A stretch of DNA of 63,915 bases, the filler included, from Reticulomyxa filosa (taxonomy: Eukaryota; Protista; Foraminifera), in the NCBI GenBank assembly GCA_000512085.1. It is 19 parts of 19 records of this genome, joined end to end, with 100 filler letters (N's around TTAATTAATTAA, not from the genome) between each part and the next. Parts side by side here need not be neighbours in the genome. Positions count along the whole stretch, not along the records: positions 10,984 to 26,969 come from ASPP01004742.1; 18 more parts are not named here. One strand, given 5' to 3'. Of the stretch, positions 13,037 to 22,100 are shown one piece after another (position 1 is the stretch's first letter; every line of letters begins with the position of its first letter). Under the pieces are notes generated by a model. The model worked only from the letters and a program-made list of their open reading frames with translations. It was not told where the DNA came from and made no database searches. A program made the position numbers and the translations under genes.

Positions 13037-13636
13037 TTAAGGCTTGGAAAACTTATCTTTGAAATTTTTCATCTTATCTTTAAAGGAAGAGATTTGAAAT
13101 AGCTGCCTTGGGTCTTTGGTCAATTTATATGAAGCGTTCGCTCCTTTTTCCATTGTAGCTAGTGATCCAGCTTTGCCAGTAGCAACTTCACTTTTTGACC
13201 AAACTCCAAAAATACAAATTCTCAGGAGCGACTCCTAAACACAAAAGACCCTCGTATTGCCTATGGTATCTGACATGATTAAATTGAAACTTTCCTCCGG
13301 TATCTTAAAATCGCTTCCAATATAATCGGGATTGAATTTAACAATATCAACTCCAACTCTACGATTTCTTGGTAAAAGGTTGTAAAATGCACTAGTGCCC
13401 GCCGAAGGTTCGATAAATTTATAATCGGTTTCATTAGCTTTATCCTTTTTGATAAAGGCCACCAAAAAGTCAAAGCACTTTTCGGCAATTTTTGGCTTTG
13501 TAAAAAATTGATCCAAGCCAACATTGTGAACATCTACCCAACTTGGAATATATTCATTTAATCTTTTCCAAGATTTATTTCTCTCTACAAGAGCTAATTT
13601 ATTATTTAGTGCTAAATTAAACATATTATCTAACAC
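13037..13636 (-). pseudogene. IS passenger relic: N-terminal DNA methyltransferase half fused to a restriction-endonuclease-like C-terminal half
   Basis: DQFFTKP..FIEPSAGTSAF..VGVDI..DF is the SAM-binding half, with no NPPF motif. An alternative frame gives DTGGKFQFNHVRYHRQYEGLLCLGVAP..(fs)GVWSK..YKLTK..SKP*. Confidence 0.55.
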
Positions 13637-14511
13637 AATTTAAAATTAATTTCCCAAACATTTCAGGATTTTCTTTGTTGTTAAGTCTCCAACAAAATTC
13701 ATCCATGTACTCCCTAGGTATTTTTACTTACCCAATGAAACTGGCCCATCATTCCTCTTTTAACAATAGCCCAAAAGCTCTCAATTGTATTAGTGTGAAT
13801 ATCACCAACAACATACTGCTTTGCACTATGCTTGACTGTATGATGAGGCATTAAGCCTTTGAAAGGGATATAACCTTTAAAATCATCAGTCATTAAAACA
13901 GTTTTTGAAACATCAATATTATCTTTCACTATTCCTCTTAAATCAAGAAATCTTAAGCGTTTTTGAATAACTGTTTTAACTTTACCACCTCTTTCGATCA
14001 TACCAACTACACATTCTTTTTTAGTTCCCCTGCCTCTTTTAATTGTTGGTAAATTACCGTCATCGTCTTTATCATTATTTCTCTTTCTTGGCTTTCCTCC
14101 AATGTAAGTCTCGTCCATTTCAACTATAACATTTAAAAGCTCTGCTTGACCGCCTTTCATAGCATTTCTGATTCTCAACATCATTGACCAAACTGTTGGC
14201 TGTCTCATTCCTAAATCTCTTGCTATCTGTGAACTAGACACGCCTTTGCGAGCGTTGAGCATCAACGACATAACCAAAAACCATTTTTGTAAATCAATGT
14301 GAGTATGATGGAAAATTGTTCCAACTGTTACGCTGAAAGATTTTTTACAATTCCAACATTGCAATCTTTCTTTATTCTTTTCTGTGTGTTTGCAAACCTT
14401 ATCAGAATCACAATAACCACATTTAATTTCTCCATTCCATCTAACTCTTTCAAGATGATCTAAACATTTCTTTTGAGTTGAAAACTTCTTGGTTATTTCT
14501 AAGATATTCAT
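13628..14511 (-). CDS. IS1595-family (ISXO2-like) DDE transposase; C-terminus frameshifted at homopolymers
   Basis: Zn-ribbon CGYC..CWNC, VEMDETYIGG, LMTDDF, HTNTIESFW. Restoring 2 nt gives SKKYLGEYMDEFCWRLN..CVR*. Confidence 0.9.
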
Positions 14512-14573
14512 AAATTTTTATTTATAATTTAGCAATTGAATGTAGCTAGATTATAAAAGGGATTAAACTAAAA

Positions 14574-15350
14574 TCAAGCCTTAAAATGTATAAATCCGTC
14601 ATCTGAATTAAGTGCAAGAGCCATTAATGCTTCTTTCTCAGCCAATTCTAATTTTCCTTGATTTCTATACACTTTACAAAGTTTGCTATGAGCAATGGAA
14701 TCATTGGGAGCATTCTTAATAGTCTTTAGTAATGTTTTCTCAGCAAGTCCCCAATTCTCTGCTTCTATATATTTTTCCGCAATATTCATGCTATCTATGC
14801 TTCTAAATAACATACTAACTATCGACCTTTTGCTTCTTGTAGCTGGTTTAACACAAGGTATCGGTATATATTTCCTAGCGGGGTCAACTTCTCCTTCAGT
14901 ACCTTTTACTCTCACCCAATCTCCCTTCTTCAAATTAAACTTTGAATTGACTAAATTTTTGCCCACCACTACTTTATATATTGAATCCAATACAAATCTA
15001 ACATAATCAGTATCGTTATCCTCATATACATCGTCCATATAAACACCCACGGCTATAAAGTGGCCAGGTTCTTCAACATAAAACATCGTTTTTTTCTGCT
15101 CTTTTGGGTCTAAGACTGGTTCTATATTGTGATCCTCTTCTATAAATAAATTAACTTGCACCTTGATCATCTTGCCGCCAAGTCTTTCATCTTCTATTCT
15201 AGTGCAACCATATTTCTCAAAATATGTAATTGGTTCATAATCTTCAAATTGTAACGTCCATTTAGACTCTGCAATAAACTCTGTTTCTACTTTTACTACT
15301 TTAAAAGTAGTAAGCAGTTCTTCTGCTATTAAACGATGTGTTATAATCAT
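14574..15350 (-). CDS. Hypothetical protein with C-terminal TPRs (putative immunity partner of the orphan tip), truncated by IS1595
   Basis: TPR-like WGLAEKTLLKTIKNAPNDSIAHSKLCKVYRNQGKLELAEKEALMALALN. The stop lies inside the IS1595 IR. ATGA overlap with the upstream ORF. Confidence 0.6.
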   Translation of the reverse strand: MIITHRLIAEELLTTFKVVKVETEFIAESKWTLQFEDYEPITYFEKYGCTRIEDERLGGKMIKVQVNLFIEEDHNIEPVLDPKEQKKTMFYVEEPGHFIAVGVYMDDVYEDNDTDYVRFVLDSIYKVVVGKNLVNSKFNLKKGDWVRVKGTEGEVDPARKYIPIPCVKPATRSKRSIVSMLFRSIDSMNIAEKYIEAENWGLAEKTLLKTIKNAPNDSIAHSKLCKVYRNQGKLELAEKEALMALALNSDDGFIHFKA

Positions 15351-15598
15351 CTCTTTTCTCCAAACTTACCATTATAAAATTTTCTAGGTGCAGCCATCAT
15401 AGTCGTCTTTTTGCCATCATACGTAACAACTATTACGCCTTTCTCAGGATCACTCGCAGAAGGAAAATAATAGGCTGCTTGATTCTTGCCATGCACTAAT
15501 CTCATATTTTGAACTGGCGCTTCTTTTATTAGTTGATCTGCTAATGCATCAAATCTCTGTAGTGCTTTTACTTGTTTGACAGGGTCTTGTACGAACAT
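15347..15598 (-). CDS. Putative orphan toxin C-terminal module (83 aa)
   Basis: Small basic ORF directly after the immunity-like gene and coupled to the next gene. It begins MFVQ, like IFVQ just before the main toxin tip. Confidence 0.45.
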   Translation of the reverse strand: MFVQDPVKQVKALQRFDALADQLIKEAPVQNMRLVHGKNQAAYYFPSASDPEKGVIVVTYDGKKTTMMAAPRKFYNGKFGEKR

Positions 15599-15627
15599 AT
15601 CAGTAAGTTCTGACGGTTAACATAAAC

Positions 15628-15652
15628 TTTTAATTTTGTCGCAAAATTAAAA
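15628..15652. terminator. Perfect 11-bp AT-rich hairpin just after the immunity-like gene
   Basis: TTTTAATTTTG-TCG-CAAAATTAAAA. Confidence 0.35.
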
Positions 15653-15659
15653 CCTCCAC

Positions 15660-16115
15660 TTACGTTATGTCTTTAAAATGAAATTGTTTTTTAGCATCGA
15701 TTGGATCCCCTCTTTCACGAATGACAATTTCCCCCAATTTACCTGTATACGGATCAACTTCAAATCCAATCCCTCCACAATAGACAACTATTATATCTAT
15801 TTCTTCCCAATATTTTACTCCGTCAATTGGGAACTTTCCCAATATGGGGTTATCCTTTATACTCACTCTTTTTCCTGTCTCAGGCCTAATTCCATATGGC
15901 TCTTCGACTATCCATAATAAATTACTATCAAAATCAAAACACCAAACTCCCCTTCTTTTATCCAATTCTGGGTGCTTTTGATGCACCTCATCAGAATTAA
16001 ATCCCACAATAACCCTATCTTTCATTAGCACTCCTTCACTTGCTTTGAACGGGAAAGTTATAACTTTATCTCCTACTTGATATTTAGTAGAATATATTTC
16101 TATTTCTTTAATCAT
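15660..16115 (-). CDS. Putative cognate immunity protein (151 aa)
   Basis: Overlaps the toxin stop by 8 bp. Beta-rich pattern GVWCFDFDSNLLWIVE..FEVDPYTGK resembles small proteins found after polymorphic toxins. Confidence 0.6.
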   Translation of the reverse strand: MIKEIEIYSTKYQVGDKVITFPFKASEGVLMKDRVIVGFNSDEVHQKHPELDKRRGVWCFDFDSNLLWIVEEPYGIRPETGKRVSIKDNPILGKFPIDGVKYWEEIDIIVVYCGGIGFEVDPYTGKLGEIVIRERGDPIDAKKQFHFKDIT

Positions 16116-19100
16116 TTTTTATTTCTCCTATTTTTTTGAACCAATTGTTTTCTGCTTTATCTGTGAGATAAAACTGAGTTCCCAAACCATTACCACCAAA
16201 ATTCTCTTCTTTAACAATACCTATCGCTATTGTTACTCCTTTTGGCGGAGTTATCTCTGATAAATGTGTTGGCAGATACGGCAAATCCAACTTATCTTTG
16301 ATTTGATGTAGGGTTAACCCCTTTATATCTTTTTCTAATACTATGAACTGACCATAATATTCAGCATCTTTAGGATTATAAACTCTGAGGAATTTCTGCT
16401 GACCGTCTGCTTCGAATACCGCAACTTTAGTACCTGGCTTAAATGGTGGTTTAAAGTAATGATCTTTTATTTTTGTATTCATAGACTCAGCAACCATTGT
16501 TTCTGTGACATAGACATGTTGCATAAATTCATAACCCGGCAGAGATGTCAGGTCATCAAGTCGCAAATCTTTTGTGAGATGGATATCGCGATATTTATGC
16601 CAATTCTGCACAAATATCTTTTCTTTTACAACTCCCCAATCTTTAAAATCGACATATTGTTTTAATGTTTTAAATGCAGATGCACCCTGCATTCCTATAA
16701 TTGCAACGGCTCCACTTAACGCTACCAACGCTGCCGCATCTTCATATTGCAATCCAGGAAATTGCTTTTGTAAAGTTCTTGCTCCTTTATCAACCCCCAT
16801 CATATAAGCATCAGCAAGAGCCTCCCCAGCAAGAAGGTTGACTCCCTCTCCCATCGCTGTTGCCCTTAACGCATTGGCTGCTCCAGCTGGTCCTGCTACT
16901 ATCGTCTGAAACACTCCACTGATTATATCAGTACCCCATCGCGTAGCCAGCGGATATTCTTCACATAAATCACTATACCAGGATAATACTACCTTTGCTT
17001 TACTACCAGCATCACTTAAAATCTGCGTGCCAGTACTCATATCAATTGCTTGACTTGACCCAAGAATTTCGCTTTCAACGCGATGACTAAATTTTATTAA
17101 TTCTTTCTTCGTTTGTTCTGGTAAATCAGTAGCTGTATTTATTTTCTCTCTATATTCATTAAAGCCTTCAGAAGTAGGCACAGACGCGACGCAAGTTTGC
17201 TCTTCTACAGCCTGGGTATTGGCACAGGATTTTTCAAAATTATCAATGTTGTTTGGTATATATAGCTTTTGCCCAATAAAAATAAGGTCGGGATTCTTAC
17301 TTAATTCAGGATTCGCATTAAGTAAGGTAGCGAGAGTTATACCATTCTTCCTGGCTATATCAGACAAAGTATCATCTGTTGCTACTGTATAAACGTTCTT
17401 TTCAGGTATCTCGGCTGGTCTTTGCACGAAGGTATGATGATTTGCTTTTGGTAAATTTAATTTATCTCCTGCATATATTTTATCAGGATTAGAAATTTGC
17501 TGATTGGCTGTTAATAAATCTTCAAATTTAATGTCTAGTTCTTTTGCTATTGTCCATAAACTATCCCCGGCCTTGACTGTATAGGCACCACTTTGTCCTT
17601 TTTCATCCTTTAGCTCAACGACTTCTTCATTTTGCTCCTCTATGCTTTCAATTTTTTTCTTCGAAGCTGTTTTGTCAGTCCTGGCATTATTTATAGCCCC
17701 GGCATCTTTTTTCCTGTTTAATCCGCTTTCTTTAGATACTTTCTCTTCATCAAGTCTTTCATTGCGTTTAAATGATCCAGGCTTGTTATCACTCACTTGC
17801 TTGCTTTCTTCAAGCTTCCTATGGATATACTCTCCTATCTGCCTTCCAAATCTGTCTCCTGCCTCCCCAGCTACCATATCACTCACAGGTCTTACTATCT
17901 CATGCTGGCGAATATGACTTATCGCACCACTAACCAGATTTGTAAATCGGCTTCTTAATTCATCGTAACCATTAACCTGATTTAATAAACTTCCTATGTG
18001 CTCACAAGATCCTGTCAGTCCGTTTTTATATCCTGATATCTCTTCAGAAAGTTTTACATCATTAAATTTATTACAGTTGTTGTAATCGATTTCCCCATCA
18101 TGCACATACCCTTGAGCGCTGATCTCAGAAAACAATTTACCTCCTTTATCTGCCCCAAACTCAATATTTAATTGTTGTTGCAGCATCTGACCACTCATGG
18201 ATGCTTTCGCTCCAATCATCTCTATCGCCTCTCTTGTACCTTGGCTAATCTTCCCCATAGCTTCATTATTTTTAACTGAGCCCATAACAACCTTTACTCC
18301 AGTATCAATAACCGCTCCCAATCCTATCATATTCCCAAATGCTGTATACCCTCCAACCGCATGCCCTGCCATGCTCGTTGCAAATCCTGTAGCAAATCTC
18401 GTATCGTCACTATCAAATCTATTTTGATATCTTGTCACTATCTTTTCTATCTGACTGAATAATTCTTCCTGAAGTTTGTGATTATTGTTCATAGCATCAG
18501 TTGTAAATATTCTATTTAATACTTTTTGATAGGCTACAATCATCTCATCTATTATTGCCTTTGCTTCTGCCTGTATATCTTCAGCATCGACCAATCTCCT
18601 GGCGCCATTATACAACACTGCTCCGGCAACAGTCGTTGTCACTTGTATTGCACTTACCATCGCCAAAAACTTCTGAGGATTGGTTGCTGCCTCTCGTATA
18701 TTACCTATCTTGTCTGTCATCCATGTATGACTTATTAGTCCAGCGTAATCCAGAAAATGCAATAACCCTGCTGTTGCAAGGGATATTCCTATAGACATAC
18801 CTTTGGAGTTTATATAACTGTTAAAGTCTATCGGTTTGCCAGTCCCTACAGAAATTAATCCTCCTATAATATCTCCAACGCCTTGCATAACCAGTGATGA
18901 CCCAAATATTGCTCCAAACGCCCCTGTACTAGCTGCATTTAACATCCATAATCCGGTGAAAATCGACGCAACTCCTAATACAGCCGCAAATACTGTGCCT
19001 AGCCAATCCTTTTCTTCTGCAAGCCGATATGTCGATATATCAAATATATACACTCCGCTACTGGCAAGTTGCTCAAGCATAAACTTCTGACTAGCAAAGC

Positions 19101-22100
19101 TTATATCCTGATTTAAACTTTCCAGTGCCAACCGGCCAGATGACGATATTAACCCTGTTTTATTTACAGCCTGATAAATAGCTGCTGTTATATTGATATC
19201 CTTGACTATTTCTTCCATAGGCATTTGCCGATGAAGATATATCATCTCCTTACCAGAACTTCGACCTGCTATTTGAATATTTCTCTCCAGCGCTTGCACA
19301 AGCTTTTTATATACCTCAGCCGCACCCAGCAATTGTATTGCAAGATCGTCCTGATAATCTACCAGTTTATTACTTAACAAGAACACCAACTGCCCTTCAA
19401 ATGCCGGAATAATCCATTCTTCCATTCTTCTGATTGCATTCGCTAAATCCTGGCAAAAAGCCTGCTTCACCTGCTGCGCCCTCGCTGCCTGTTTTACTTC
19501 CCAAATATCCGCTCCGTTCTTGACAAGGGATATATAACTTTTGGCATTATATCCATGCCAACCGTATATATCATCAAGCTGTACAGCCTGCTCTAAAAAT
19601 CCTTCCGCCGAAGCCAGAGGGTCAGCTGGGGCATAATTCTCACCACCAAAATTAAATCTTTGCTTAACCAATTCCCAAACATTCGTGATCCACTCAACCC
19701 AACCTACATCACCGCCACTTACAGTATATCCACTTCCTTTCTGCTTATTGGCAATGCTAAAATATTGCCATGCCTTTAACACGAGATAACTTGGATTCTC
19801 CATTAGTGTCCCGGCATTCTTCTTATTATCAAGCAGGGCTTTATATTCAAAAAATTTTGATGCCAATTGCTTTTCAAGATCAATCATAACTTGCTTCAGG
19901 TTGTCTTCATTATCGCTATGACACCTTCCATCTTCTCTAAGCAAATCATCATATTGCTTTAGCCATATCCCCCAATCATCTGTAATCTGCCTAAGCTCGT
20001 ATTGATTATTATATATCTCCCTGTCTGCTACCCATATGAAATATTTACTCCGAAGTTCAGCACTTGATAATGCTTTTTCACTACCCTTGTTATCATTCAA
20101 ATCCGCAAACGATGTATCATATTTTAATCGCTTCAATAAATAACCTTCCTTTCCACGCAAAAATCCCCCTCCTTGTTTGCCAGATAGAGGCTCCTTATTG
20201 ATTGCCTTCTCAAATTCATGCTCTACTCGCTTATATATCTCCTTATACATCGTGTAGCCCTTGCTAGCTGCTATAAAGTGTATAATCTCGTAGGCTTGCT
20301 TGTTTAGATTCTCTGCCTTTGATCCTTCAACAGATATGACTGTCATTATATGCTTTACTGTATTAGGATCTATTGTTCTTATCGTATCAGTTATATCAAT
20401 TACTTCTGCAACCTTGTTTTCACCCTGAACTACCTTCAGGAATACCCTTGAGTTTTCAGCATAAATATAAAAACTGCCTGCTTCTGATTTCTCCAAAGCT
20501 CCAAAAATTATCTTGTATCCGGTAGGAGAATCTACCTCCTTCCTCAACTCAACATATAAATCAAATAATTTATCCCTAATTTTTAACTGCGGGATATGGC
20601 ATAATTTATCTTCTCTTAGTTTTGTTACTTCTTTTTGGTTACGCTCTTCTCTTAAACATTCTATATCTGTATCGCACTTATTTTCATATATCCGTTCCAA
20701 ACTCGCTATTACCTGTGCAGACCCAGGCTCTCCCTGACGCGCTGCTCTGCCATAACCTTGTTCTTCCACTCTCGCACTGCCAGAAACCATCCCCATGATT
20801 ACATGCAATCCTCCATTCTTTCTGACTTCTCCACTAATCTTTAAATCTGTCCCTCGTCCTGCCATATTCGTTGCTATGATTATTTCTCCCACTCGCAGTT
20901 CTCTCTTATTCTTTACGTCATATTCCAAAGTACTATTTGCAGTCCCATAAACAAAAACTTTCTCGGAATCATAGCCAAAAGCCAGAAGTGCTCCCCTTAA
21001 CTTCTCAACCTCAGCTATCGTCTCAACTATGATAAGAGCTGCTCTGCTACCTTCTATCTTCCTCTTGATAACTCCTAATATCTCTTCTTTCCATGCCACC
21101 GATGTCTCTGTTACTATCGCAGGATATTCCTCAAAATCTTTCTCTATAAATGAAGGAATAACGCTCACATCTACTCCATACATTGTCTGTAAAAATTCAT
21201 GATGGTGCTCTAGCCCAAGAGTACCGCTAACCCCATATATATTCCCTTTGTACTTACTAAAAAATCCAAAAAATGACATAAAAATACTAACGACATTCTC
21301 AGGATACATCGTAAGTTGATGTTTTATCTGCAAATACTGATGTAATCCATCACTCCATTGCAATCCATGTTGCAATGCTCCTGTGTTCTCGTAATCAATC
21401 GGTGTTATCGTCCTGAATTGATACCTTGAGCCATAATCTGGCTTGTGAATAATATAATTACTCTTTTCCTGGTAATAATACGAAGAAATCATCGTATCTA
21501 GCCACCTCTGTAACTGTTCACCTGCAAATCCCTCAAGATATCTTGGAATTACAACTTTCCTCTCTCCTCGATTCTCTTCAAATGCAAATAATATACTTTT
21601 TGTAAAATTCCCTATATACCGTTTTATATACTCATCACAATCTCTCCCTACGCTATTTAACTCAACATCATAATCCTTTCTATCTAGCATCTCAGGCACG
21701 AACTCCCTCTCCATGCCTCCAGCAGGATTCTTGAAACCCGGAACTTTCAAATAGCATTGTTCTTCTGTTTGCCATAATTTATCACCAACGGCACTCGCAA
21801 CTCCCCTCATATATACTAAAAGATAACTCAAAACCTCAAACCCAGGTATAAATCCAGATAGTTGCACCTTCATACGGTCAAGATCAATAAACATATTATC
21901 AACCTCGTCAACTATTACTACTTCAAATCCCCTGCCTCTTCTCGTGTCTGACGAAATATCCCTTAAAGTATCTCCTATAAAGTATGTCAATGCTCCATAT
22001 ACAATCTCTCTCTCATAACATTCTTTCCTGCCTTCCTTATGAAGCAACCTTACTTCTTCTCCTGTTATAAGATTTCCTCCAAAATTGATTAAATCACGGT

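Larger units (their letters stand above)
13023..14598 (-). mobile_element. IS1595-family transporter IS with 24-bp terminal inverted repeats and passenger DNA
   Basis: CGGATTTATGCATTTTAAGGCTTG (13023-13046) matches the reverse complement of 14575-14598, CGGATTTATACATTTTAAGGCTTG, at 23/24 positions. No target-site duplication. Confidence 0.85.

Noticed and set aside
13690-13730. Programmed frameshifting in the IS1595 transposase, rep gene or amidohydrolase
   Set aside because: The IS1595 and rep breaks fall in short homopolymers, and the amidohydrolase break was not mapped precisely. Sequencing error or decay is more parsimonious and cannot be resolved without reads.
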